Notes: generated from the letters alone by a model not told the origin. Shown: positions 1 through 10,250, numbered from the stretch's first letter. The stretch is DNA of 64,000 bases from an uncultured Prolixibacteraceae bacterium (GCA_964487645.1 CAZARW010000002.1:30042-94041); one strand, 5' to 3'. A program made the numbers and translations.

Positions 1-1
1 G

Positions 2-970
2 CTAAGCGGTAACGCCGGGATCAGATACGAATACGATTTGCTGAATGTAGATTGGGATGTTTCAAATTATGTAGGAAGAATAGGCTCTAAATCAAATCCC
101 TACAACAACCTTTTGCCCACATTAAACATAAAATACCAGGTAAGCCAAAAAAGTGCTGTGCGCATGGCAGCGGGTAAAACTGTTACATTGCCCGAGTTTA
201 AGGAGTTGGCACCCTTTGAATATGTTTCGCCAACAGGGCGTGTTACCAAAGGAAACCCTGACTTAAAAAGCTCAGTGAACTATAATTTCGATGCCAAATG
301 GGAAATTTATCCTTCGAACAAAGAATTAGTATCAATCAGCACATTTTATAAACTTATAAACAACCCGATTAACCTGGCTCAAACGCGTGGATCGTCGGGG
401 AATTTTATTTACGAAAACACCGGTAAACAAGCCAATGTATATGGTATAGAAGCTGAAACCCGTGTGGGAATTATAAAGCCCGAAGTTGACGGTAAGCCTG
501 AACTAAACTTTATTATGAATGCTACAAAAATGTGGTTTAGCCAGGATTTGCTTGAAGAGTTTAGGTACAACAATAAAACCGAAACAGCATTGCAAGGGGC
601 TTCGGGATTTATTGCAAATGCATCGCTTTCGTTTTCGAATAATACTGAAAATGAATTTGCAGCGAGTGTTACCGGAAATTATTCATCGGATAAAATTCTT
701 GCTCTGGGAGCTCCCGAAGATTTTGTAAACAGTGCTGAGCTATTCAACAGTGCTATTGTAGAAAAAGGTTTCACAACGATTGATGTAATACTGAGCAAGA
801 AATTAACAGATAAGATTTCATTGAAATTAACAGGTAAAAATTTATTGAACCCGCGAATTGAACAAATTCAGGAAATTAAACCATTCTCAGGCGAATCGAG
901 CACCGAAGTGGTGAGTTCGTATCGCAAGGGAGTAAGCATAAAATTAGGACTCAAAATAAATCTTAATTAG
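2..970 (+). CDS. TonB-dependent outer-membrane receptor, C-terminal barrel part (5' end outside the window)
   Basis: Frame is open from base 2 (LSGNAGIRYEYDLLNVDW...). TBDR barrel motifs: P.F.ELAPF, GNPDLK...NFDAKWEIYP, STFYKLINNPI, YGIEAE, NLLN near the C-terminus. Confidence 0.9.
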   Translation, partial: LSGNAGIRYEYDLLNVDWDVSNYVGRIGSKSNPYNNLLPTLNIKYQVSQKSAVRMAAGKTVTLPEFKELAPFEYVSPTGRVTKGNPDLKSSVNYNFDAKWEIYPSNKELVSISTFYKLINNPINLAQTRGSSGNFIYENTGKQANVYGIEAETRVGIIKPEVDGKPELNFIMNATKMWFSQDLLEEFRYNNKTETALQGASGFIANASLSFSNNTENEFAASVTGNYSSDKILALGAPEDFVNSAELFNSAIVEKGFTTIDVILSKKLTDKISLKLTGKNLLNPRIEQIQEIKPFSGESSTEVVSSYRKGVSIKLGLKINLN

Positions 971-1009
971 AAACAAACAGATTTCACTAATATTTAAATT
1001 ATCAACGAA

Positions 1010-2035
1010 ATGAAAAATGTATTTATTAAAGTAATCGGTCTTGCATTAATTGCATCAGCACTTTTCACAGCTTGTGATGGTGGAGACCCACTTGTAAAAG
1101 AACAAGTAATTGAACGACTTGAAAATGGAACGATGGAAGGGCAGCTTACTGAAGATTTTACCCTTTCCGCTACTGTAAATTACGAGCTTACCGGAGCATT
1201 TATTGTCCCCGAAGGCATTAGTTTGACTATTCCTGCAGGTACAAATATTTTGGCTACCGATGGTGGTACCGATGTGTATGTTGCTGTTTTGATGGGAGGT
1301 AAAATTTACATCGAAGGTTCAGAGTCAAACCCGGTTGTTATGTCGTCAGCCAATGGAGATCCCGGCGATTGGGGCGGATTAACAATTTGTGGTAAAGCAT
1401 CAACAACTGCCGGAGCAAACGCCGAGGCCGAAGTTGGTGGTTTTATTTATGGCGGAACCGAAGATTCAGACAATTCAGGATCAATTGAATATCTTGTAAT
1501 TAAAGGAACGGGAGCTCAAATTAACTCCGAATCGCAATACAACGGTGTTTCGTTTTATGCTGTAGGATCGGGTACAACAGTTTCTAATTTAGCTGTAATT
1601 AATGGCTCTGACGATGGTGTTGAGTTTTTTGGCGGAACAGTTTCGGTAAACAATTTGTTTTTGCAAAACAACGAAGACGATGCCATTGACTGGACAGAAG
1701 GCTGGAACGGAACCGTAACAAATTCATATGTTGAACATACCATCGAAGGTTTTTCAACCGTAGTTGAGGCCGATAAAGACAACAATAACCCTAAATTAGT
1801 GAATCTTACCGCAGTTTCAACTGTTGGAGGTACTGCTTTACAATTCAAAAAAGAATCGGGGGCAACCATAAGCAATTTGTACCTCGAAGGCTACGAAAAA
1901 AACATCGATATGAAAGACGATGGCCCGCTTGAAAATGTAATTATCGATGGAGAAACAGCCGACCCTTCAAAATCGTACAATACAGGAAGTCAGGTTGATA
2001 TTTCGGGTTGGAATTGGACTTCGGCCGGATTGTAA
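1010..2035 (+). CDS. Surface lipoprotein, acidic, predicted parallel beta-helix; TBDR partner
   Basis: Lipobox LFTA-C followed by DGGD. Family motifs GDWGGLTICG, YGGTEDSDNSG, NGVSFYAVGSGT, DDGVEFFGG, DDAIDWTEG. Directly follows the TBDR. Confidence 0.75.
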   Translation: MKNVFIKVIGLALIASALFTACDGGDPLVKEQVIERLENGTMEGQLTEDFTLSATVNYELTGAFIVPEGISLTIPAGTNILATDGGTDVYVAVLMGGKIYIEGSESNPVVMSSANGDPGDWGGLTICGKASTTAGANAEAEVGGFIYGGTEDSDNSGSIEYLVIKGTGAQINSESQYNGVSFYAVGSGTTVSNLAVINGSDDGVEFFGGTVSVNNLFLQNNEDDAIDWTEGWNGTVTNSYVEHTIEGFSTVVEADKDNNNPKLVNLTAVSTVGGTALQFKKESGATISNLYLEGYEKNIDMKDDGPLENVIIDGETADPSKSYNTGSQVDISGWNWTSAGL

Positions 2036-2104
2036 TAGTCATATAAGAATACAAAAATCTTATAATAAACAAAGGATAGACAATATCTTTTGCATTGACT
2101 CACC

Positions 2105-2136
2105 AAAAAAGCCGTTTCAAATCGAAACGGCTTTTG
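2105..2136 (+). terminator. Intrinsic terminator (possibly bidirectional)
   Basis: AAAAGCCGTTTC-aaatc-GAAACGGCTTTT, a 12-bp stem downstream of the lipoprotein gene. Confidence 0.85.
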
Positions 2137-2237
2137 TTCTGTTTATTCCTATGCAAAATCGAAGATGTTGTATTTAAGGCCGATAGGTGTATCGAATGTT
2201 AACTGTTTTTATATTATTGAAAACTTAACATTAAATA

Positions 2238-2270
2238 TTTGTTAACTCACACACAAACGACTTAACTTTG
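2238..2270 (+). promoter_or_regulatory. Bacteroidota housekeeping promoter (-33 TTTG / -7 TAnnTTTG)
   Basis: TTTG at 2238-2241, 21-nt spacer, TAACTTTG at 2263-2270, 37 nt before ATG 2308. Confidence 0.65.
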
Positions 2271-2307
2271 GGTTAACATTAGGAGCTGTATAAAAGAAGA
2301 AGATTTT

Positions 2308-2769
2308 ATGAAAGCATTTACAACAATACTGGTATATATACTCATAGTGGGAATGCATGCCAACGCACAATTTATTAAAGAAACCGACGGTATTTACTTT
2401 GCCGACTCGGAACCCTATACCGGAATTTATAAAAGCTATTATGACAATTTTAATCTCAGGATGGAGATGAACCTCCAGGAAGGAATGAAGGATGGTATAA
2501 CCAAAATTTATTTTGAAAATGGTACTTTAAACGAAATACGTTCATATAAAGACAACCAAATGCATGGCAATTGGGAAACGTATAACGAGCAGGGTATTAA
2601 AATTGCCGAAGCCGAATATAAAAACGGAAAAAAAGATGGCACATGGAAAGTTTGGGACGATAACGGAACCTTGCGTGTTTTAATGATCTACAAAAACGGA
2701 GATAAAAGTGGAACATGGAAAATGTGGGATGAAAAGGGAAATGCATTGAGCGAGAAATCATACGAATAA
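2308..2769 (+). CDS. Secreted MORN-variant repeat protein (YwqK-like)
   Basis: Signal peptide (…MHANA-Q). Repeats such as G.KDGITKIYFENG, GNWETYNEQG, DGTWKVWDDNG, SGTWKMWDEKG. Confidence 0.8.
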   Translation: MKAFTTILVYILIVGMHANAQFIKETDGIYFADSEPYTGIYKSYYDNFNLRMEMNLQEGMKDGITKIYFENGTLNEIRSYKDNQMHGNWETYNEQGIKIAEAEYKNGKKDGTWKVWDDNGTLRVLMIYKNGDKSGTWKMWDEKGNALSEKSYE

Positions 2770-2790
2770 TTTCAAGGGTTTTGCGTTATA

Positions 2791-2829
2791 AAAAGGAGAG
2801 CTTGTGCAAATGTGTCAGGCTCTCTTTTT
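2791..2829 (+). terminator. Intrinsic terminator
   Basis: GAGAGCTTG…CAGGCTCTC stem followed by TTTTT. Confidence 0.7.
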
Positions 2830-2880
2830 GATTATGAACCATTGTTTTCTTAGTTTTGAAATCACAAAAATTGAAAGTAT

Positions 2881-3333
2881 ATGCGTACTGTAATTCAAAA
2901 GGTTTCAAAAGCATCGGTAACAGTAAACGGCAAAATTGTTGCCGACATTAATAATGGTTTGGTGGTTTTACTTGGTGTTGAAGATGCCGATAATATTGAC
3001 GATGTAGTTTGGCTTAGCAATAAAATTGCCCAACTGCGTATTTTTAACGATAGCCGGGGTGTAATGAACCGTTCGGTGCTTGAAGTTGATGGTGAAATTA
3101 TTGTAGTGAGCCAGTTTACTTTGCATGCAAAAACAAAAAAGGGGAATCGTCCCTCGTACATAAAAGCATCAAAACCCGATCATGCAGTTCCAATGTACGT
3201 TGCATTTTGTGAGGAGCTTTCAAAAGCTATTGGTAAAGAGGTTCAGCAAGGTGTTTTTGGAGAACATATGGATGTTGAGCTGATAAACGATGGTCCTGTA
3301 ACAATTATTATCGATACAAAAAACAAAGAATAA
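2881..3333 (+). CDS. dtd: D-aminoacyl-tRNA deacylase
   Basis: MRTVIQKVSKASVTV, VSQFTL, KKGNRPSY, NDGPVTIIID motifs. Confidence 0.97.
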   Translation: MRTVIQKVSKASVTVNGKIVADINNGLVVLLGVEDADNIDDVVWLSNKIAQLRIFNDSRGVMNRSVLEVDGEIIVVSQFTLHAKTKKGNRPSYIKASKPDHAVPMYVAFCEELSKAIGKEVQQGVFGEHMDVELINDGPVTIIIDTKNKE

Positions 3334-3337
3334 AGTG

Positions 3338-3673
3338 ATGAATGACCTTACTATAAAGCAAGCACAACAACAAGTTGACAAATGGATAAAAACCCTTGGC
3401 GTGCGTTACTTTAACGAACTAACCAACATGGTTATACTAACCGAAGAAGTTGGCGAACTGGCTCGGATTATGTCTCGCCGCTATGGAGAGCAATCGTTTA
3501 AAGATAACGAAAACGCCGGCTCTATGTCCGACGAAATGGCAGATATACTATGGGTACTTATCTGTTTGGCAAACCAAACAGGAGTTGATCTTGAAAAAGC
3601 ATTTTTGAAAAATATCGAGAAAAAAACAACTCGCGATACATTACGGCATAAAAACAATCAAAAGTTACAATAA
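3338..3673 (+). CDS. MazG-like nucleotide pyrophosphohydrolase (YpjD family)
   Basis: LTEEVGELAR and DEMADILWVLICLANQTGVDL motifs. ATG 3338 follows an in-frame GTG at 3335. Confidence 0.9.
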   Translation: MNDLTIKQAQQQVDKWIKTLGVRYFNELTNMVILTEEVGELARIMSRRYGEQSFKDNENAGSMSDEMADILWVLICLANQTGVDLEKAFLKNIEKKTTRDTLRHKNNQKLQ

Positions 3674-3681
3674 CATACTGT

Positions 3682-4677
3682 TTACGAAATTTTTAACATG
3701 CGTTCAATCGGTTTGCGTGCTTTTTCAATTACTTCGTCGCTAAGAGTAACTTCGGGAAGTTCGTATTTTAAACAGAGATAGAGTTTTTTCAACGAGTTAA
3801 GTTTCATATATGTACAGTCGTTGCATGCACAGGTCGAATCGTTTGATGGTGCAGGAATAAACAGCTTTTCGGGGCAGGCTTTTTTCATTTGATGTAAAAT
3901 GCCGCTTTCGGTAGCAACTATAAATTTTTGTGCTTTGCTTTTTTGTACATACGTTAAAAGAGCCGATGTTGATCCAATGTGTTTTGCAAGCAATAAAACA
4001 GGTTTTTCACATTCGGGGTGAGCAATTACTTCGGCATCGGGGTAGGTATTTTGCAGGCCGATAATTTTCTCAACCGAATACTTTTCGTGTACCATGCATG
4101 CTCCATTCCATAAAACCATGTTTCGGCCTGTAAGCGAGTTTATATAGTTCCCTAAATTTTTATCGGGGCCAAATATTAGTTTTTCATCTTTCGGAAAACT
4201 TTCAACAATTTTTACAGCATTCGACGAGGTGCAAACCACATCCGTTTCGGTTTTCATATCGGCTGTGCAATTAATGTAACTGATCACTTTATGGTTTGGA
4301 TATTGAGCCTTAAATTTTCTGAATTCGTCAATTGGTGCCGATTCTGCAAGCGAACATCCGGCGTTTAAATCGGGGAGTATAACTTTTTTTGTTGGATTTA
4401 TGATTTTGGCAGTTTCGGCCATAAAGTGTACACCTACAAACACAATGATATCGGCATTGGTACGCTCAGCTTCTTGCGCAAGAGCAAGACTGTCGCCTAC
4501 AAAATCCGAAATATCCTGCAATTCACCGTCAATGTAAAAATGTCCCAATATAACCGCATTTTTCTCTTTCTTCATTCGTTGAATTTCATCAACTAAATTA
4601 ATTCCGGCAGGGATTGATTCGTTTATATATCCGTCAGATTTTATTTTTTTTGATATTTCCGATTGATTGATTTCCAT
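3682..4677 (-). CDS. nadA: Quinolinate synthase
   Basis: GDSLALA, GVHFMAETAKI, AGCSLA, YINC, CTSSNA, GPDKNLG, ACMVH, AHPEC, C-x-YMK motifs. Confidence 0.97.
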   Translation of the reverse strand: MEINQSEISKKIKSDGYINESIPAGINLVDEIQRMKKEKNAVILGHFYIDGELQDISDFVGDSLALAQEAERTNADIIVFVGVHFMAETAKIINPTKKVILPDLNAGCSLAESAPIDEFRKFKAQYPNHKVISYINCTADMKTETDVVCTSSNAVKIVESFPKDEKLIFGPDKNLGNYINSLTGRNMVLWNGACMVHEKYSVEKIIGLQNTYPDAEVIAHPECEKPVLLLAKHIGSTSALLTYVQKSKAQKFIVATESGILHQMKKACPEKLFIPAPSNDSTCACNDCTYMKLNSLKKLYLCLKYELPEVTLSDEVIEKARKPIERMLKIS

Positions 4678-4902
4678 AATTTTTTGATTTACGATTTGAT
4701 CAAATGCTTACAATAAAAATCTACTTTGAAATAATATTTTGCAAAATAAGATAAAATAGTCTGATTAGTCAAGTTTTATCTGAATGAAACAAGTATAATC
4801 CTTACGCGAACCAAAACCGAGGATAATTGTATGCGGGATCTTCCGAAAAATCGGAACACGTTATGAGTTGCTTTAAAAAATTAACTCTAAACGATTGAAT
4901 TC

Positions 4903-5490
4903 TTATCGCATAAACAAAATCCCAAAATAAAAACGTGGTCCGCGGGCAATTTGTTTTGGATATTCGATGCCGGGAAAGAGCAAATAATCAATTTTCCCGA
5001 TAATGTTAATGTTGTCGGCTATTTGGTATTCGAGGCTTATGTGCGGATCAATAGTGGTTGATGAATAGGTTTTGTAAATACCTGTATCGGGTTCGTTGTC
5101 GGTATAATTTCCCTCAATCATGTATAAATCGTGAATTGAACCTTTGCCAATTGAGAACCCTGCTACAGGGGTAAATCGTTTATTTAAAAACTGATATTCA
5201 AAAAGCAATCCGCCCCAGCCAACTTTGTAATTTCCTTCGTTATTTTTGTACTTGTATGTCGATACATAACCTTCGGTTCCGGCTCTGAAATGTGGCCCAA
5301 TTCTGAAAGCAATTTTACCTCCTATGCCTTTTGTGAAACCGTTTATCTGAGGATAATCAATCTTATTTTGCAAATGTCCTACATGCAAAAGCATTCCTCC
5401 TCTGAATAGTTCTCTTTTTCCGGCTGCATATAAATTTTGTGTGCTTAATAATAAAATTGCCAGTGCGAGGTACACTAAAGTTTTCTTCAT
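4903..5490 (-). CDS. Secreted hypothetical protein, probable small outer-membrane beta-barrel
   Basis: Start reassigned to ATG 5490 (MKKTLVYLALAILLLS signal peptide). Amphipathic Gly/aromatic strands and a C-terminal GPRFYFGILFMR. Confidence 0.65.
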   Translation of the reverse strand: MKKTLVYLALAILLLSTQNLYAAGKRELFRGGMLLHVGHLQNKIDYPQINGFTKGIGGKIAFRIGPHFRAGTEGYVSTYKYKNNEGNYKVGWGGLLFEYQFLNKRFTPVAGFSIGKGSIHDLYMIEGNYTDNEPDTGIYKTYSSTTIDPHISLEYQIADNINIIGKIDYLLFPGIEYPKQIARGPRFYFGILFMR

Positions 5491-6108
5491 TTTTTTATTA
5501 TTTATGTAAATAGCCGGGCAGTGTGGTTTAATACCGGAATATTTATTTTGAGTCAAAAATATTCAATCGCATTGTTTAAAAATAAATATTGGTGTATGTT
5601 TTATAAAAATTTAACCGAAACATTATTTAAGATCGTAAGGCAATTTTGTATTTCCATTTTTTTAAAATTATACAAATCATCATTTGAGCAATAAACTTGT
5701 ATGCAATTTTTTAATTTGTATTTGTTGCAGATACCATAAAACAATGAGTGTGTGTTGCATCGCATTTTTACATGTTGCTGTGTTTTCGAAAAAAGAGTGC
5801 TAAATAGTGTTATAATTTATACTTTTTTTTTATTTTCGAAGTTTCATAAAGTATTGTATAGCGAAGCAATATATTTCTTTTCGGAAAGTGCTGATATTGT
5901 TTCGGTTTGGCATATATAATCAAAAAGGGTGTAGATAAATTGATTGTTTTTAGAGATTAAAAAATGTATTTGTGTTTAAACGATTAGATACAAATTTTAA
6001 TTTAATAGTAGTATCATCAAGGATGAAGTTTTTATTTTAGCGTATTGGTTTGATGATATTTTATGGTTTAAAAGGCTAATTATGCCGATAAAATGTTAAT
6101 TTACCTAC

Positions 6109-9100
6109 ATGAAACACTTTGTACTTTTTTTATTGTTGTTGATGTTTATTTCGGGGCGGGCTCAAATTGCGAACAACGATTTTATTAATTACAACACAGG
6201 CAACGGAAAATTTATGCATAACACTGTCGAGGCGATTTTTCGCGATCAGATGGGGTATGTGTGGGTAGGTACAAATTTTGGATTGAGCCGTCTTGATGGA
6301 TACAGTACCGTTACATATTTACACAATGAGAATAATCCTCGTTCATTATCGAATAATTTTATAAAGTCCATTTTTGTCGATTCAGATAACATTGTTTGGA
6401 TAGGTACAGTAGGAGGAGGTTTAAACCGGTACGATCGTCAAACCAATGGGTTTATTCACTACATCCCCGATGGGACAAATAAATCGGTTGACAGTTACAA
6501 CATTATCACAATTAACGAAGACAATAAAGGCCGCATATGGATAGGAACAGCCGATAAAACAGTTGATGTATACAATAAAGAAACCGGCGAGTTTGAGTTT
6601 ATCGATTTAACTAAACATGATTCTTTTGAACGAGGAATATCGAATGTAAATTCAATATTTTCGGATACTAAAGGCAATGTTTGGATAGGAATGAGCCAGG
6701 GTGAGGTTTTTTGTATTCATCCCGAACTCGATACAATTGACTTTTACTGCGTGCCCTACGATCAGGACACCGAGCATGTTGGAGCAATAACCGATATTGC
6801 ACAAATAGGCGATAAAATAATGTTTTCGACCTGGTCGGGGCGTATATACTATGTTGTGCCGGGGCAAACCGAATTTTTAGAATTGTTGTTCCCTTTGCAG
6901 TATTTTAATGGCGATCCGCTTATGCGTATGATTACCGATAAGCAGAACAATTTGTGGCTTGCTTCGCGTACAAGTGGCTTGTATTGTTTCAACAGTGAGT
7001 TAAAGCAAAAATATCATTTTGAACATATAATAAATCAGCCAAGCAGCCTCTCGTCAAATTCAATTATCGAAATGCATCTCGATAATAATCATTGTTTGTG
7101 GCTTGGACATCTTGATAACGGTTTGGGGATGTTGCCCATTAACGAGCGAATTTTTAAAAAGGTATTGCCTGAATTAAAAAATCAGGGCTTCAATAAAATA
7201 TACAGCATTATTGCAGGTGCCAACGGGAATATTTGGTTTGGATCGCGAAGCAGCGGATTATGGAAATACAACCCCCAAAGTGGAAATTATAAACAATATA
7301 CAGCCGAAAAATATGCGGGCTTAAATACAAATTCAATATTAAGTTTGTTGTATACCGACGACAATAAAATTGTAGTTGGTACCGATGGAAATTTTATTTC
7401 AATTTTTGACCCCAATTCCGAAACCTTTAAACAGGTGCCTCATAAGCCCGACGACTGGAGTAGCGGAGTTTTTTCGGTACGCGAAACGGCTAAGCATTAT
7501 TGGGCAGCTACATGGGGGGGAGGTATAAAAAAGGTAGATAAAAAAACCTTGCAATACCAGTCAATTAATTTTGATGATGAAGATCAGTTTAATAACAGTG
7601 TTTTTGATATCGAAATAATTGATTCGATACTTTGGATTGCAAATGTCGGACGTGGTTTGATTAAATATAACGTGCATACCAACCGGTATGTGGTTTATGC
7701 AAACAGCGATACTTATACGGATTTTCCCACAGGACGAATAAACGATATTTATGTCGAAAACAAAAATTCGTTGTGGCTTTCGACCGATGGTTCCGGAATT
7801 TATAATTTTATACCATCAACTGAAAGTATTCAGAGGCATCCGGTTAATAATAATCTTGAGAAAAAAATTATTCAGGCTTCGGTTATTGACGGGCAAAACG
7901 ATGTATGGGTTACTACAATTTCGGGAATCGAAAAGTTCTCGAAAAAAACCGGTAAGGTATCATCGTTTACATCAAAAAACGGACTGCATAACGGGGCTTT
8001 TAATCAGGCTGCTATTTATTTCGACAAACAAAATGATAAAATTTATGCAGGAAGTCTCGATGGTGTTAATGTTTTTACCCCAAACCAAGCGGTTGTTGAT
8101 TCAACGCTTAACGATGTAGTAATAACCGAAATAATGGTTATGGGTAAAAAAATTTCCGAGTCTGACTCAAACCACCTGTCCGATCCGGTCGACTTAATCG
8201 ATACTTTACATTTATACCATCAGGATAAAATATTTACGATTTATTTTTCATCGTTGGAATATGCCCCAACACAAAAAAATAAGTATTACTACAAACTCGA
8301 AGGATTTAATGAAGATTGGGTTGTTGCTGATTATTCAAACAATTATGTGCAGTATACAAACCTCTCGGCCGGTAAATATATTTTTAAAGTAAAATCGTGC
8401 AACAGCGATGGTGTATGTGCTCAAAATTACACATCAATTGTTATTGTAATGCATCCGGTGTGGTGGCAAACGCCAATATTTCGCTGGCTGGCTTTTGTTT
8501 TTGTTGTAATGCTTGTATTGTTAATTACGCGTTTGCGTTATTTGCGTTTGCTGCGTAGCCAAAAAAAGCTTGAAATACTTGTTGAACAACGCACCTTAGA
8601 AATTACAAAACAGAAGGAACGCATTGAAAATCAAAATCAAGAACTTGACACAGCAAACCGTACAAAAGATAAATTTTTGTCGGTTATTGGCCACGATTTA
8701 CGCGGTCCAATGACAACAATTAACCAGATGGTTGAATTGGTTAAAATGCAATACGGACAGGTTAGCAACGAAGAGATACTTGAATATATTAACTTAATTG
8801 GCAATTCGTCGGAAACAACAGTTAAGCTGCTCGACGATTTATTGATGTGGGCTCAGTCGCAGTATAATCGTGATAATATTGTACTGCAAGAAACCGAGCT
8901 TGCCGGAATTTTTGATCAGGTTTATAACGATCTGTTTTCGGTGGCACTCAACAAGGATGTTCCGATAGTGTACCCGCAAAACTGCACCCTCAAAATACTT
9001 GTCGACCGAAACAGCATACTCCTTGTTTTGCGCAACTTAGTGTCAAATGCTATTAAATTTTCGTACCGGGGCGGAAAAATCACATTAACTGCTGATGAAA

Positions 9101-9339
9101 TTGGAAACAAGGTGAAAATATCGGTTATTGACCAAGGAGTTGGGATAACTCCCGAATATGTCGAAAAAATTATGCAATTCGGGAAAATTAGCTCAAAAAC
9201 CGGGACCGAAGGCGAAATTGGAACCGGTTTAGGGCTTATGCTATGTAAAGAGTTTATCGTACTGAACAATGGTGAGCTCTTTGTTGAAAGTACACCCAAA
9301 AAAGGCTCGGTATTTAGTTTTATGGTCAATAAGGCGTAA
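6109..9339 (+). CDS. Sensor histidine kinase with periplasmic beta-propeller (Reg_prop) and Y_Y_Y domains
   Basis: Repeated D..G.(V/I)W.GT..GL blades. YYYKLEG…YTNLSAGKY (Y_Y_Y), one TM helix, H-box SVIGHDLRGP, N-box NLVSNAIKF, DQGVG, GTGLGL. No receiver or AraC domain. Confidence 0.9.
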   Translation: MKHFVLFLLLLMFISGRAQIANNDFINYNTGNGKFMHNTVEAIFRDQMGYVWVGTNFGLSRLDGYSTVTYLHNENNPRSLSNNFIKSIFVDSDNIVWIGTVGGGLNRYDRQTNGFIHYIPDGTNKSVDSYNIITINEDNKGRIWIGTADKTVDVYNKETGEFEFIDLTKHDSFERGISNVNSIFSDTKGNVWIGMSQGEVFCIHPELDTIDFYCVPYDQDTEHVGAITDIAQIGDKIMFSTWSGRIYYVVPGQTEFLELLFPLQYFNGDPLMRMITDKQNNLWLASRTSGLYCFNSELKQKYHFEHIINQPSSLSSNSIIEMHLDNNHCLWLGHLDNGLGMLPINERIFKKVLPELKNQGFNKIYSIIAGANGNIWFGSRSSGLWKYNPQSGNYKQYTAEKYAGLNTNSILSLLYTDDNKIVVGTDGNFISIFDPNSETFKQVPHKPDDWSSGVFSVRETAKHYWAATWGGGIKKVDKKTLQYQSINFDDEDQFNNSVFDIEIIDSILWIANVGRGLIKYNVHTNRYVVYANSDTYTDFPTGRINDIYVENKNSLWLSTDGSGIYNFIPSTESIQRHPVNNNLEKKIIQASVIDGQNDVWVTTISGIEKFSKKTGKVSSFTSKNGLHNGAFNQAAIYFDKQNDKIYAGSLDGVNVFTPNQAVVDSTLNDVVITEIMVMGKKISESDSNHLSDPVDLIDTLHLYHQDKIFTIYFSSLEYAPTQKNKYYYKLEGFNEDWVVADYSNNYVQYTNLSAGKYIFKVKSCNSDGVCAQNYTSIVIVMHPVWWQTPIFRWLAFVFVVMLVLLITRLRYLRLLRSQKKLEILVEQRTLEITKQKERIENQNQELDTANRTKDKFLSVIGHDLRGPMTTINQMVELVKMQYGQVSNEEILEYINLIGNSSETTVKLLDDLLMWAQSQYNRDNIVLQETELAGIFDQVYNDLFSVALNKDVPIVYPQNCTLKILVDRNSILLVLRNLVSNAIKFSYRGGKITLTADEIGNKVKISVIDQGVGITPEYVEKIMQFGKISSKTGTEGEIGTGLGLMLCKEFIVLNNGELFVESTPKKGSVFSFMVNKA

Positions 9340-9434
9340 ATGTTTTCAGAATGCTTTTTGTGTGTTTCTTAATTGATTTTTTCTAAACACATTTTTTTAG
9401 GTTTATATTTGCATTAAACCAAATAGCAATGTTT

Positions 9435-10145
9435 ATGCGACTTTTATTAATCAGTAATTCATCGCTTGCAGGGCAGGCATATCTTGAGTATCCTAAGTAT
9501 CAAATACAACAGTTTTTAGGAAACAAACCGGTAAAAGCTCTTTTTATTCCATATGCAGCAGTAACTTTTTCGTATGCTGAGTATGAACGCAAAGTAAACG
9601 AACGGTTTAGCGAAATAGGGCACAGTGTTGTGAGTATTCATCGGTTTGATAATGCCCTTGATGCAATAAATAATGCCGAAGCTATTGTTATAGGAGGGGG
9701 CAATACATGGCAGCTTGTTCGCTCTATGCGTCAACATAAAATAATAGGCGCAATACAAAAGCGGGTTATGCAGGGAATACCATACATTGGCTGGAGTGCC
9801 GGAGCAAATGTAGCTTGTCCAAGCCTACAAACAACAAACGATATGCCTATTGCCGATCCACTTGGTTTTGACACCTTAAACTTGGTCCCTTTTCAAATAA
9901 ATCCTCACTATCTCGATGCAAACCCTGCCGGACATGCCGGAGAAACACGTCAACAGCGTATCGAAGAGTTTTTAGAGATTAATCAGAATAAAACGGTTGT
10001 TGGCCTTAGGGAAGGAACCATGTTGAAAATTGAAGATAAAACGTGTGAACTTATTGGCGAATTATCGGCTCGTATCTTTTTTTATAATAAAAAACCGGCA
10101 GAGCTTACACACACCGACAATTTTTCGTTCTTGTTGAATCAGTAA
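9435..10145 (+). CDS. pepE: Dipeptidase E (peptidase S51)
   Basis: MRLLLISNS, FIPYA, GGGNT, GWSAG (catalytic Ser), TTNDMPI, QINPHY, GHAGETR. Promoter-like TATATTTG at 9404-9411. Confidence 0.95.
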   Translation: MRLLLISNSSLAGQAYLEYPKYQIQQFLGNKPVKALFIPYAAVTFSYAEYERKVNERFSEIGHSVVSIHRFDNALDAINNAEAIVIGGGNTWQLVRSMRQHKIIGAIQKRVMQGIPYIGWSAGANVACPSLQTTNDMPIADPLGFDTLNLVPFQINPHYLDANPAGHAGETRQQRIEEFLEINQNKTVVGLREGTMLKIEDKTCELIGELSARIFFYNKKPAELTHTDNFSFLLNQ

Positions 10146-10250
10146 CAGAGTCAATATTTATTCAATGTAAATAATAAGCACTTTCGGGGGGTTTAATTTA
10201 TTTGGTGTGTTATAAAAGCATAAATTTGTGCCGTTTTAAAACTGTATGGT

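Noticed and set aside
2308-2769. YwqK-like protein as a toxin-antitoxin antitoxin
   Set aside because: No toxin gene is adjacent and it has a signal peptide. The label reflects MORN-variant repeats only.
5491-6108. Long AT-rich intergenic region as a hidden RNA gene, CRISPR array or origin
   Set aside because: No tRNA fold, repeat-spacer pattern, stable hairpin or DnaA-box cluster was recognisable by eye.
7514-7520. G7 tract in the sensor kinase (and the T10 tract near 21168-21177 in queG) as phase-variation switches
   Set aside because: Both frames are intact, the tracts encode plausible residues (WGGG, KKK), and they are short for this AT-rich genome.
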